From: Balanoglossus misakiensis
Lineage: Eukaryota > Animalia > Hemichordata
Assembly: GCA_040954595.2 (NCBI GenBank)
Contig: CM082592.2
Span: 11,751,912 to 11,815,911, forward strand
Direction: 5' to 3'
Length of the DNA: 64,000 bases
Positions 1 to 19,331 of the stretch are shown in pieces. The notes beneath the pieces were generated by a model. It had not been told where the DNA came from and did no database searches. It was given only the letters and a program-made list of their open reading frames with translations. A program made the position numbers and the translations under genes. Each line of letters starts with the position of its first letter. The first letter of the stretch is position 1.

Positions 1-502
1 TATTGGAGTTAACATACATTATACACCGAAAAATCGTGGTTCTTACGTTACGCCTACAAGGTTCTTAGATAGCCGTGGTTCTTACCGAAATATGCGCATC
101 AGATTACATGACGCATGTACTCGCATTGCACCATACCTCTCCGATTCAAACCAGCTTACTGTTACAAGAAGGGAAATATTTTTTCCTGTGACTGAAATCC
201 ACTCCTTAGCTGACAATAATGAGCTTTAGAATCCCAACCTACCAAATGTAATCCGACGGTATCACTACAAGACAGTTAACGAGAATTTAAGACCCGAAAA
301 TCGATGGTTATTGTTTTCGCTAACGACCACCGCTTTGTGAACTGTCTCCGTGCTTCCGTGTGGAGCTTCTTGCATGGCTGATCAACGAAGGAGGGATTTA
401 CTGGGAGCAGAAGAGCAGCCCATTTCATGAATTCGAATGGCCTTTGCTCTTTAGATTGACTTCAGAGTCTTGTCTGTCGGACTGTAGCAGTCATTTTGAA
501 TT

Positions 503-6344
<5,842 letters not shown>

Positions 6345-8183
6345 CTTAGAGCATCTATAGAGAGCATCACGGGCCTTTGACGACACCCGCGGCTCAACAA
6401 CAGCGTGATTCAATGCACATTCTAGATAATAGTGAACAAAACATGCAAGCACAGAGCATTTCACCATCAGAAGATAACCAGCAACACCGCTACAGACTCA
6501 AATGTGTTTCCTTCAAGTGTGACAAAGCACATACATTCATGAATGTCAATTGTCTATTGTGAAGACATCTATATGATGTTACATCCTTTTATTTTGTTGG
6601 TATGAATCTTATCTGTTGGGTTAAAACTCTTCCAAAACTTGTTGTCACTGAATTCTGGCTACCTGAAATAGGTTTTTGCCATGAAATACAGTTATTGTAC
6701 TTTCTTTAAGCTCTTACTTTAGTGAGTTGTCGACCTTTTACCCAGAATGCAATTATTGTTATTTCACATACACACTCTTCCACAGCATGAAGTAAAAAAC
6801 AGAATTGCTACTGTGCAACTCTCAAGCAAATGTAGACTTGCATATTTCTTGCACAAGATGTTAAAATGTTACATTGTGACAATTACAAAATGGTTGACCC
6901 TTGACACCATAATGAAACAGTCTACTTAGTAGCTGACTGGGTCTACGACATTTGATTGAAACTGTGCACAGCATGATTTTTCCCCCAATTTGTTAGTTAT
7001 CAGTCCTTTATGTCATCACAGCAGGTTTGTGATGCCATGACCCAGAAACGGAAAATGGTTCCTTAAATGGGGCTGTTAGAAAAGTCGTGTTTGTTCTAAG
7101 AATTATTGAAAGTCTCCTGGTGATCAGTCAGGTGGTACCCGCTGTTTTTGTGTCATTGTAAGACCAGTCCCTGGGGCTCATAAATCCCGGGTTACTGTTC
7201 CCTAAATGTCACTTGTCATTGAATTTGTGTGAAGCATTTATACTAACACTTGAATGTGATCTGAGAGAAACACAATACCTGCTGGGTTTTTTCTTACACA
7301 GGGAAATTGACGTTAGTGGAAAACATTTGTCATTTCCCTCCTTCCTTTGAACTTTGCTAAATGGTCGTTTATTCAGTGTTAACAATCCCCTTAAGGTCTC
7401 TCTCCTTTACACGGATGTGCAGTTTTGTCCCAATTATTTACTCACAAGCTGGGAATCTCCTGTGTCTTTCCTCGAGGAAGTCTTTTTCAACCCTCCTTTT
7501 AAATGAAGAGTCACAATGATGGAAATCACGCTGTATTTCCATTTGACTTCACCCTGTTGTTCATCAAAGCAGCAGTGATTGCACGCTCGTTGAAGCCACT
7601 GAACTTTTGACAATAGTATATTCTGTAGTCGTGTATTATCTATTACACAAATATGTCTTGAGTTTAACAGAGTATTGCACTGAAGTCAATTTACTAAGAA
7701 ATGTTGAGATTCTAAGAATTATAACCATTCTAGTTGTTGAAATTCATAAATCATATATGGTGGATATTTAGTGTGTGTATGTACTGTATGGTATTGCTTA
7801 TAAGAATTTCTTTTTAGGGTACTATAGCAACGTCTTAAGACCTTGTAGCAGTTCTACTTCCATCTTCCTCCTTCTATACTGATTCTTAGTATCAGCCTTC
7901 TAGCTTTTCCTGTACCGAGCTGAACCATGTGAGAGCTCTGAGGTGTATAATCCTTGAGAGGATTATTTAGTCTCTTGTTATAGACAGTTGTAGTAAAGCT
8001 ACATATAATATTTCTGTGTGCTGCTTCAGTTTCTCTTACTCTCCAGTTTACTACAATTTTGAAATTGAAACATGACATGGTGTAAGTAAAATCCATGTAC
8101 TCTCATAAATTATAATGTTTGTGACTCGCCCTTTGTGATGGGGATAGCAACATTGCATTTATTTCAAAAATAGTATACAATAC

Positions 8184-8189
8184 AATAAA
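8184..8189 (+). terminator. Candidate polyadenylation signal (AATAAA) of AChE
   Basis: AATAAA after a ~1.8 kb AT-rich 3' UTR-like stretch; further AATAAA copies near 8590-8600. Confidence 0.5.
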
Positions 8190-8784
8190 AGCGGGTTTTC
8201 CGTTTCAATGTGAATCATGAAAAGAACAAAATATCGAGTCATTTTCAACTAAGAAAATTAACTCAATATGCAACATATGGCAACACTTTTTCACAAAACA
8301 CGTTTCTTGGATAGATAAGAAATGGAACCTTGAAGCTATACACAGAGGGAATCATCATCACTGTCACGCACATCTTGCATTGTTTTCTTTGAGACACAAA
8401 CTGTTCAACAGTACAATTGGTTAAATTTCGGATAATGGCAAAAGAGAAAGATGCGTGCAAAGTTTGGAAATGCAAGGCAACGTGATTTGTCAGTGGCTGC
8501 ATCGAGTGAATAATAGGGATATTGAAGATATTTTCAGCCAGATGAGCTTAGTTCATGGAAAGCTGGAGATTGCTAAAAATGCTAAACTCAATAAAATAAA
8601 CAAATCAAGAAATGTAAAGTAAGATATAAATTAAAAATTAATATTTTTGCTGGTTCAAGAGCAATTTCAACAGCAATTTATGATCATATTTTTGGTCTTT
8701 TAGTGAGAATTGTCTGCTGTTGTTGACACATATATTTCCCTCTGTTTGACTTTGCACAGTCCAGCCGAGACGGTGAAAAGTTTT

Positions 8785-10086
8785 TTAAATCGTTGTTGGT
8801 GCAACATCTTGCATACAAGATGGTTTCCTTGTCGGGCACAGCGTCTTCTTCAGAGCATTTCTGATGTCTTTATTGCAGAAGGGATACAGCAATGGATTGA
8901 GTGCTGAATTGATGTAGTTAATGATTGATGCCTCGTAGAGTTTCGATTGAATACAGTCTGGGCAGTAAGCGACAACTGGCCACAGGATGATGTAGGGCAA
9001 CCAGCAAATTAAGAACACTATGGTCAGAGTCCCCAGGGTTCGCGTGATTTGTTTTTGTGCTTCCAACCTGTTTGCGCCCGACGGATGAGTGACTACCTGT
9101 TTCTTTCTGTCACTGTTGCCGTGTGTGTTGAGAATGCTAGCTGTTGTCCACTGGTCGTTGTGAATGATACTCACTTCTCCTGGGCGGCCTGCCATGTTGC
9201 TTTTCTTGTCATTTTCGATGTGTATGCTAGACGGATCTCCAACACCTCGAGAGCAGTGTGGCCCACTTCTGGATAGGGTGTGGCCATCAGCAGTACCTGC
9301 GGTGTTGTTTTTACGGTGTTTCATGGCCAGAACAGTTCTTCCCTGTTTGCGGAGGATGATAGTGACTTTAACGTAGAGGTAGATGATAATAATGCTGGGT
9401 ATGTAGTATAGGGTGATGTCAGTGATGACAACAAAGGCGAAAGATACTGTGTAATAGCAATCATTGGCATCCATTTCTTCTGATAGGTAGCGAGCGATTG
9501 CAACGGCGATAAACCAGAAAACGCCGGGTACAATCCATGTCAGAGCAATCATGAAAATGACTCGGCGTTTGGTGTGTCGGTTATGATAGTCGACCGGCGA
9601 TGCGACTGCCCAGTGGCGGTCGATGGATATGCTGACCACGTTGTAAAACGATGCAGTGCAACAAGTCCAGTCCGTGACCGTCCACCAGTCGCAGGCCAGT
9701 ACACCCAGTGGCCATCTTCCCCAAATTTCAAAAACTGCCATGAAAGGGAAAACGAAACACCCAACGCACAGATCGGCTACAGCTAGGTTTAAGATGTAGT
9801 AGTTGTTCACATTTTCGAGCAGAGTTTTTTCTCTGACAAATGCCACAATAACTATGATGTTCGATGCGATTGTACAGAGTACCAGTAGCACGAGTCCGCT
9901 GGCTTTGGTCAGTTTCCACACATTCCACTCGACTGTTTCAAATTCTTCGTCCTCGGTCACATTTGAAAACGCCCCAGAAAAGTTCAAGTTGTCCCCGATA
10001 AAATCACCAGCCATCTCGGTTGAAGAGAGAGAACATATGTTCTGAGAGACAAGCTTTTCTGTTTCATGTGAGAGTGACATCTCCAT
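8785..10086 (-). CDS. Class A aminergic-like GPCR (histamine/muscarinic-receptor-like), intronless, 433 aa
   Basis: Seven hydrophobic helices; NLAVAD (TM2), WPLG..C (ECL1/C3.25), TM3 D3.32 in TDWTCCTAS, DRH, W4.50, long ICL3, CWLPY (TM6), NSALNPLLY (TM7); N-terminal N-glycosylation sequons NFS and NVT. Confidence 0.95.
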   Translation of the reverse strand: MEMSLSHETEKLVSQNICSLSSTEMAGDFIGDNLNFSGAFSNVTEDEEFETVEWNVWKLTKASGLVLLVLCTIASNIIVIVAFVREKTLLENVNNYYILNLAVADLCVGCFVFPFMAVFEIWGRWPLGVLACDWWTVTDWTCCTASFYNVVSISIDRHWAVASPVDYHNRHTKRRVIFMIALTWIVPGVFWFIAVAIARYLSEEMDANDCYYTVSFAFVVITDITLYYIPSIIIIYLYVKVTIILRKQGRTVLAMKHRKNNTAGTADGHTLSRSGPHCSRGVGDPSSIHIENDKKSNMAGRPGEVSIIHNDQWTTASILNTHGNSDRKKQVVTHPSGANRLEAQKQITRTLGTLTIVFLICWLPYIILWPVVAYCPDCIQSKLYEASIINYINSALNPLLYPFCNKDIRNALKKTLCPTRKPSCMQDVAPTTI

Positions 10087-12243
10087 GTGAAAAGCTCTCA
10101 GTGGAGCCGCCTTTTAAAGTAATTCAAAATTCGCGCATGCTCACATCATTCAGTGAAATACGTGCAATTGTCAGTGGAATCAATTCCAACCAATGCCCCT
10201 AAGCTGCTGTACCCATGTGACAGCTGCCCCCTTTTCATGTGATGTTCATCAAGTCAGTCTACCGGTAATTCTGGTAGTAGGTCATATTATTGTACTAAAA
10301 TAACGTGTGTTCTGCTTTATATCACAAGTGAACATTGGTGTGAATTTCCCTTTCTGTGTCTATTTTATCGTAAATTTCACCAAATCACAGTCATTAAGTT
10401 GGTTACACCTTGGCTTGTAGGCTTTTTCGACTGGAGACAAATTATTTCCAAACTTCATTGCCTGTCCAGGTTCAAATGACCGTTGAAACCGCAAAGCAAT
10501 TTAAAGTGTCAACGACTCTGTTTATTTCCAAGTCGATAATTGCCACAACTACGTGACATGAGCTCGGTGATGAGAAAATCAACATTTAACCTTTCAGAGA
10601 TGTCTTTGTTAGCTTCCAGGGATTTCTTGGTTAGTGTGTTCTTGAGAATTGAACATGCTGATCGAGTGTTAGTGGTACCGGATTCAAAAGGCTTTCACGC
10701 TTATTTGCCAATATCGCATCCTTGATAGTGATCCTTGTCAGTTCCAAATATGTTATTGCAGATACATACTCATTTTAGAGAGAGAGATGGAGACAGACAT
10801 ACAGAGGCAGAGAGAGAGAGAGAGAAAGAGCAAAAGAGACGGAGGGGGTCAGTTGTCTTTCTCCAGGACACCCTTTGTCAAAACGTTAAATCGTTAGCAG
10901 CATATTCAAGATGCTTGCCATGAATTGTTCGCAGCATTGCACAGAATGATTCATATTTTTGATATTCCTGTGGTCGTGTCTCTTGTCAAAGCCGTCGCCT
11001 GAGGACACATCTTTTGTCAACCAAAAATGATCACACTTCCAAGTAGAGCGTTTACCAATCTCATTTCCATTTGAATACTCTTTTCAAAATTCGTCTCAGG
11101 CGACCGAAGAAAAGCTCAGCAGCGTACCATTGCCAAGTAGCTAGGCTACTTACAGGAGTATTCAGTATTCTTTGCTGTAAAATTTTCACAGGCGGCATAA
11201 ACGTGTCACTGAATACTAAACATTCCTACATGAAGGTAAAATTGTAAGTCTCAATTTACAACAAAAATCTGTTTCTTTTTGACTGGCAATTTGCATCTTC
11301 ATTTTTCATTTGCATAAAGCTGAACTTGGAAAGTAGCTTTTTGAACAATGATTTTGTTAGCCAACTGTGAAAATGGTCTCTGCTCTATAAAAGAAAAAAA
11401 CCTCGCTGCCAGAGAGACCCAAATATTAATGTGAGACGGAATAAAAGATGTTGAAAGTAGGATTATTATAGTAAACCGATATATCACAGATGGCTCAGGG
11501 ATGAGAATTTAAGTTGTGAGAATTGAAGTGACATAAGAGAATATCTGATCAGCAGGATAGATATTTGTGAAGTCTGGATGTTTATCCAGCTGTAAAAGTA
11601 TCAGTAACAGCCTTTGATGGATAGACAGAAATTATAGACTCTTCAATTGGAGCGTGGAACGGCATGCTTCATGAAACAGCCAGGCGTGTGCTGAGTTTTG
11701 CAGAAGATAATTGGGGGCTCTGAGTACAAGCTTCATATCTGTGACATACGTGACCTTGTCTAAAATGTCTGTCCCTGCTGACTCCCCCTAATGATTGGAA
11801 TTAAAATTGCCTTTAAAAGGAAAGGCTGGGAAAGTTTGAGCAAATATATTGCCGCTTTGTTTTCGAATTCTCGTCCATGACTGTTATTCCATTCTTCATG
11901 CCTAATTCAATGGTATAGTGGTACTTGTATGGAGTGATTTTCAAAAGACATTTTCAAGCTCAGATGTCTACCGACTGTTTTTTAAGAAAGGTCAGACAGC
12001 CCTTGTAGCCGGAGGCACCTGTGAACCATAATGTACGAGATACTCGACTTGCCTGAATGCTAGTATTGGGTTTCATGATAATTATTCTAATTACTCAAAC
12101 GTGCCAAGAATTCTCATTATGCCTGACACGTTATTTGGCATTTCTTCTCATAGACACACGCTGATCACTTTCAGCATTTAAAAAAAAATACATGTATATG
12201 ATCTCCAAGGGAAAATCACATGGGCACACTCTACTGCCGGTAT

Positions 12244-12244
<1 letters not shown>

Positions 12245-12279
<35 letters not shown>

Positions 12280-12298
12280 CAGACAGATTGATAGATAG
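12245..12298. repeat. (AGAT)n/(AGAC)n tetranucleotide microsatellite
   Basis: Seen directly. Confidence 0.9.
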
Positions 12299-13754
12299 CA
12301 GATTTGCTATCTTATAAGTAGTGAGCTACATGCAGTGAAGGTTGACGATAAACAATGAAGACTACAGTGGCTTAATGCATTGGAACAAATTCAATTTGCT
12401 CAACATCATTGCTGTCTGATTCACCTGTGATGTTCTGGGTTTCCTGTGAGAATAGAAAAGAAGCCACTTAAGTCTGAATAAACCCTGACACTAAACCATG
12501 CAGAAATTTCAAATAGATTCCATGCGGCGCTTTGATGCATTAGCAGCAATGGACATAACCGATACAAACGGCACTGATTGATCTCTGAATCGGTTCCAAA
12601 ATTTCAGATGCACATGTCTTTCTGAAATGTGCTTAAGAATAAAGCAGCTAATTGCAACCAGTTGCCCACCAAAAGTTTGAGTCTATTAGAGTAATTTTTT
12701 CATCCCATGAAATATGAGATAATTTATTTCTATTCCATCAGTATTATGTCAGAGCCCGGTGGATATATTTCAAATTCAGAAAAAAAAGAAACAATATTCT
12801 AATTTTTCTTTCAAACTTGAAAAACATAATATACAGGCATGTGGATGTTGGGGTAGTTTATTTATTTCAACATTACAGCATAAAATTCCAATTTAATCCT
12901 TAATTCTGATAACAAGATCGACCTTGGGTGTAAGATGTAAGCCTACTGTGGTTCTTCGCTGTTGCCTTGGGCAATCCAGAAAATATCCATCAATAATGTA
13001 TATCACTCGATGACTGCTTATTATTATGAGACCATTGAAGGTCTTGTGGTTCCACTGATAACCAGATTTAATATACAAATATACATTTTTTCAGATAAGC
13101 CCTATCAATCGGCAAATCACAAGATTGGCATATTTTATAAACCAACGCTGATACGAGCTAAGTTTAACATTTGCTCTCTAAAGTAATATTTTTTTTCTTT
13201 TGCAAGGTCACAGGTTAAATTAAATTAAATATTAATTAAGGCACAACATGATCGCTATCTGTTTTATCCAATTTTGTCAAATTTGCCTAATTCGAACCAT
13301 GGGAGAGACAATTAATTGTCCTTTACATCCTGTGTATGTACATTCTGAAAAGACAGGTTGTGTATGACACAACACTTTCATGAGTACGTTGTCACAATAC
13401 AAGATTCAAATACATGTGTTACATTAAAGTGTGTAGACGTCTTTTTGAAAACTAGGAAGAAAACTGGGTGGTCACCATCTTGTTTTCATCTGAGTGGCTA
13501 TTTTGAATTTCAAAGGGCAAGTATTGACCAACAAGAAAAACTGGTGATGTGTATTGAAATACAGTGACTATTCTAAGCATTCGAAATACTGTCACAAAAT
13601 AACTAGTGTCCTCTTGAATGATACGAAAGTAGACGGTTGGGTGTCATTAAGACCCTCCAGTTTAGGAATGGCAGGACATTGCACTTAATAAACTTTTTTT
13701 TTTCAAATATTTAACAACAAAATCTTCTCTCATGTGATAAAATAGGGTCACCTA

Positions 13755-16700
13755 TCAACTAAGACCCGTTTCGCTCGGAGAAGTGCTGTTGTGAGAGTAG
13801 GACTCATGGTAGCTGAAGGTATCTCTATCGTCTTGGCGATACATATTTGCAAAGGCCAGTGCTTGAGCGGCACCATAGATAACTTCAGGCAGAGTTGGTG
13901 AGACTGGCGGTGAATACAAGAGAGGGCGTGTTTCAACACCATTTCCAGCCGTGCCTTCATCATTCGGTGTGGAGGTGTCTTCTTCTTTGATGTAAACACC
14001 ATTGTGGGAATCACAGGCCTCTGTTTTTCGACCAGTTGATGACTCGTCGATGTTGTTTCTCTCTTGCTCAGTCTCTAAGTCTGGAATTTGCTGAACACCC
14101 TGTGAAGGAACCTCGGCGCAACTCCGACTGGAAAAGATGTTTTCTGATGATTTGAGGGCAAAATTTCCCGATGTACTATTATCGTGCCAAAGTAAAGTCC
14201 CAGGGTGTATAGTACTTGAATGCCATCCAGTCACAGTGTACGGGTTAGTCCATCTGTCGTGATAAAGTTTTGTTTTAGTTGCTCGTTTCAGCTTCATTTT
14301 CAGGCCTCTCATGGAAAATTCTTGGCTGTAGATATCCTTGTACTCCACTACAGGTACAGGCTGTCTTGACTCCAGCTTTGGGCGTCTGCCTAATTTAATA
14401 CCTGCAATCAATACAGAATAAAATGAAATAGCTCAATGGTGCATTGAAGAAGGCAATTATGTACCACTGACTCCCTCCATTCTCCGTTTCTTGATTTATG
14501 ATACTTGCATGCCCACACTCTTGATGGGAAAATGTTGCAGAAAATACAATAGACTTAAGACACTGTTGATAATTCAAGGTAATTCATGTCTCACCTTCAG
14601 GGGACATCCCCAGCGCAAGACAACGATAGAATCGACAATATCGACATGTGTTTCTTGTGTCTGGCGTTATACAACAACTTCCAGTTTTCGAACAGATATA
14701 TCGAGCTCCTTCACGAATACTTCTTCTGTAGAAGCACTGTAACAGAAGCGAAAAGGAGACACACAACACTTGAAAATCATTGTTCCATATATTTTATCTG
14801 CACAATTTATGACATTGTGTTTCAGTATTATAACAGGGCTTCTCCCCAGAGACCCTTGGATATATTTCTACCAGATAACGAACACTAGCGCCACCAACGA
14901 GTGGCAGGGATATTGTTTTGTTTTTGTTCTGTTTTCCAGTCTCATTGGAGGTTACTGGCTCAGGGTTCGATGTTCACTTTGGGACAAATGACAACATAGC
15001 TAATATCAAAGTACAAATTCTGTGTATTTGAATTTCGGCCACGCCCACTAATAAGAGACTTGACCGTGTGGGTACATTGACAATGAAGGTGACATGTGTA
15101 AACACAGACAAATAGAAAATATTGACTGGATGTCTTTTGTAAAAAGAAAGGAGAATTGAGGAGAATAAATTAAGAAGCATGTCATGGTTGGGGAGGAGCT
15201 ATTTGAGAATTATACCCCCTTGTACTGCTGGAGTCTTTCTACTTCATGTGCAAATTTCACTCGTATCATTTCACCAGTGCCATCATGGCAAAATATATCA
15301 GCAATGGGTCGTATACACTATCACCTCTCCCCTGCGACTAGTACTGTTTTATTTTCTTTGCCATTTTCAGGCCAATTTTCATCCTGGTAGTAAGTCTAGC
15401 TGTCCTTGTTGGTCCAGGCAGTCAGCAATCAGACTCACGTGCTCATTTCACGTTCTGTCCCACCATGCTAAGCGAAGCTGTCTGCATTTGACAGTTTTGC
15501 GCTGCTGATGAGATGCAACCACCTGCCTGTGATCCCATGAGCAATTTTAACCGTTACAAATTTTGGTGCGTCATACAAAATAACAATGTTGCCACCAAGA
15601 TTCAGCTGTTAATACATTACTCAGTACCTGGTCTCCCCTGGGGTCCAATATACAGTACATGTACATGGAAAATAATGCCTAACCACTGGATTATTGTATG
15701 GATTTCTGCCATATCATAGAGGAATATATATGGGTGTTTGTTTACGCACAACCACACACATGCAAGTTCCACTCATCACGCCCCACCCCTGCACTCAACA
15801 AAGCAGATAGTTTGTTTGTTTGTTTGTCTGTCTGCCTGTTTGTCTATTTTGTCTGTCTGTGCATTTCGCATGCTCTGGTATGCCGGAGATGAACACTATT
15901 CACTCTGGTATTTTCAAGTTTATTTTCACTAACTCATCTCAATTGCCTCATCATGTCTGTTACATGGCAGAGGCTAGTACATTTCTCTATCACGTGACTG
16001 CTTTTCTTAAAGTGATAAATTCCACACGTTCCACCAGGTCTTGATAACTAAAACATCCCTGATAGTATGAGAGTCTTGGCTGCAATGACATCTGGTAATG
16101 CATTTCATGTCAAGTGACCATATCACGTGATTACCAGCGTCATCCACCATTGTTAAGGGGTTCACCTCTGCAGTCGACCCTTGGCAAATATGAACTCCCA
16201 TATCAGCCTAAAGTTGGACACCACCCAAACACCTCCACATATCAACTGACAATCTGTCAATTATGCTCCCCAATCGCGCCTTATCATGAAGATGACGTCT
16301 GTATCATCCTGACTTGTCATCGATGATAAGCTGATGCCGATTATTTTTTGCTAGCATCAGGGAGTGGTCCACTACACTGTACAACAGTATCAATGTCATT
16401 AACAGTAAACATTGGGTGTCGCTGTACACAATTTTGATTGAGGGAAAAAGTGTCTCACATTTGAAATTCAAAATGGCTGCCAACTCTATGCAGAAAATTT
16501 AAAGAAGTGATTTTTTATAAACACAAGACGGCTTTCAAAACAGCTGCTCACACACTTTAATATATTAAACGATTGAAAACTTTGGAGAACTTTTGTTTTT
16601 CTGAAAAATCTGTCCCCAAGGCTCGCGCGTGTAACACACATTTTCCAGACCCAGCTTAATTCGACGCCCAAAGCTTTGACGTCACATTATGTCCATTTTT

Positions 16701-18691
16701 GGAAATCATGGCGCATGACTTTCTCGTCAAATGACATCGAGTGAAGTCTATCGAGCTGTGTAGTATGGAAAATGAGGCAAGTAAACATCGCGACTAAACT
16801 ACCATTGATCTCATCGAATGCCTTGTAAGAATTGATCATTGAAAGTGTTAAACAAATTAATTGATCATTAAAACAAATTAATTGATCATAAATCACACAT
16901 AGCTTCAGAAGTGTTTTGTCTTTATAACACTCACTGTAGAAACTGTGAAACGTTTTGAAGATGCAGTAAAGTTCTGGTAGACGTGATCCCAGCGTAAAAA
17001 TATGTATGCAAACATTTTGTTTTTGTAACGTTATTATTGATTCCACGAGTGAATTGAGAAGTTCCTCGTGACCAATTTCGTTTTGTGTGTGTGTGCCAGG
17101 CAGTTTCGCTGAGATTGTATGTTTTTCGATATTCTTTGATTTTTTGAGTAAATGGATAATTAGGCCTACATTTATATCGCGATCGCTTGCAAACTTCTTG
17201 ATTCGGTGTGGCAGATGACGTGAATGAGTCCCGGTGTAAACAAAGTGGAAAAAAAAACTTTTTCGCTGTCGTCATTTCCACGGTTGTGAAAAACATTTTT
17301 CAATCCATATGACGTCGTGTTACGATCGACAAGCTGTAGCCATGAGTTGTTTAGAAATCAAGCAAATCGTTTGCCCAATATGCACGTCACACATTTTACT
17401 TTTATAAAACTTTGATATCCATGTAAGCCACGGGAACTTGGCAGGAGTTTCCACTTGATGCAAAATTTTTGTTATTGATTCTCTTATCCATCTTTATTAC
17501 TTTTCTAATGCGAGATTCGTTTAGGGTTCTTTTGATCTTCAACAGGACCTCTATTTATCCTATTCAGTGAAATTGTGTGTGCTCTTTCTTTCCTCAGTGC
17601 ATGCCCCCTCCTGGTAGCGAGTTACTTCAAATAAAAAGCCCCGACAGTTTCAAGAGAAATGTTTTGAAAAAAAGTCATGCTACATGGGTACATTACCTTG
17701 CAGCCTTCGCAGGTATAGACTCCAAAATGAAGACCAGACGAGGTGTCCCCGCAAACTTGACACGAAATTTTACCATTCGGAGATGTTGTGGACGAGACAG
17801 TTGGAGACGGTGGCAACGGAGACGTTGGTATCGGTGTGCCTATTGAAGAGTGACCGATTTCTGAAGAAAACAATGTTATACATATTTGTTATTTTCATCA
17901 TTGGTAATGTTTTATAACAGTTCTTCTTCGATAAACACTCAGGACGCTCTAAGGATAAAACCTTTTTTTTGCGTTATATCTTTACACATTAACACTGTCA
18001 CTTTCTAACAGTTAACATTACACTCGAAACAGAGACTTGCATTGAAGAAAACTGCAATATTTTGTTTTGGGCTACATACTCTCGTTCTGGACTAACAGTA
18101 CTTGGAGACACTTTGCCGAATTCATTTCAATTGGTTGTGCGGTACGTAGGCATTGACAGTTAAGGAGAGCACCCCTTTTTACGATTCCACCGGAAGCACA
18201 CGTGGGAACCGTTCAGGTGGTGTGACAAACTGCCATGCAGTTATCAGAAGCGGGTACCTCTTCTGGAATCGAATTTCCTGTCAAAAAACCTCCCGAGTTA
18301 TCTCGGGTCAAATTGCCGGTTGATAGTCGATCAGAATTTACGTCAAAACAAAAGTCCGAAAAGCGGTTACACCATTTCGCTTTCCAGAGGTTTCAGAGAA
18401 ATTGGTTTCGTTCTATGAAATGCGCATCTTTTGAAATTTCTAAAACTGGTCCGTCTTTTTTTTTCTGGAAGGCTGTGATTTGGACAGTGAATTTTAGAGA
18501 CGTTATTCAATCAAATCGTCCGAACTCAGAACAAATGATTAGACTGAAAAGCCACCAAGCTCGACAAGTCTGGTGAAAAATGCTAATGGAAACTCACCTT
18601 CAGCTTTGTGACTCTGGGCCACTTGAAGATCATAGAAATGAGCATAGTCTTCCGTGTAAGTGTCGGGTCCGTGTAGGCGCTCATCACCCAT
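13755..18691 (-). CDS. Nuclear receptor with C4 zinc-finger DNA-binding domain and no ligand-binding domain (NR1-like DBD, NR0A-like architecture), >=348 aa
   Basis: Exons 18691-18598, 17860-17697, 14736-14595, 14401-13755 (1047 nt, intron phases 1/0/1). Spliced DBD: [22 protein letters not shown]|[47 protein letters not shown]|GIKLGRRPK. The remaining ~205 aa are polar and low-complexity, with no LBD signature. The N-terminus may extend upstream (see findings). Confidence 0.9.
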
Positions 18692-19310
18692 GTATGTAAA
18701 CAACCTTTAAAAGAAGGACGAGTCAGTCAATAGTAACGGGGTATAGATGTACTTTACAGTGTCTCTGTCGCTTTAGGAGTCCTCTGTGATGGACCGGTGA
18801 CCGAGGAGTCTGTAGTCACAATCGCAGTCCGTCCTCGCACACTGGCCCGACTAACAGAGACGCGCTTAAAGATTTCAATAACCAGAGGTGTGCCGTCGAA
18901 AACGGGGAACACCAGCGAAGTTTTCCGAGAGTTTGCCAAAAGAGTAGTTTGGGAGTGTACCGGCGTAATGGTGCGACAAACAAACACAAGAGATGAACAC
19001 GGCAACAGATCATAGAATGAAAATATCACACGACAGCGTCCAATAGCTCCACAGATAACAAACTATAGATTACTGTCCATTCACATCACCATAGAGACGG
19101 TCGTGTGCGTGGCGCAAATTGTTAAAACACCGAGCGATCGAAAACACTTTATGCGAAGTCGCGACACTTCTAACGTGTGTGTCCGTAATGGCATGCGTGA
19201 TTGGGAGTTTTCGAGTGTATGTATCTGCGCGATATTTGCTCTAGTCGATATTATTCTGGACTTCATTCGTTTCTGGCACATCCATCTTATCACAAAGTCA
19301 TCGATCATAC

Positions 19311-19331
19311 CTTAACAAGGTTTTAAGCACA
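19311..19331 (-). other. Candidate 21-nt microexon of the nuclear receptor
   Basis: ATATTTTGCAG|TGTGCTTAAAACCTTGTTAAG|GTATGA; frame-preserving and open (VLKTLLR) in the phase needed to join the acceptor at 18704. Confidence 0.45.
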
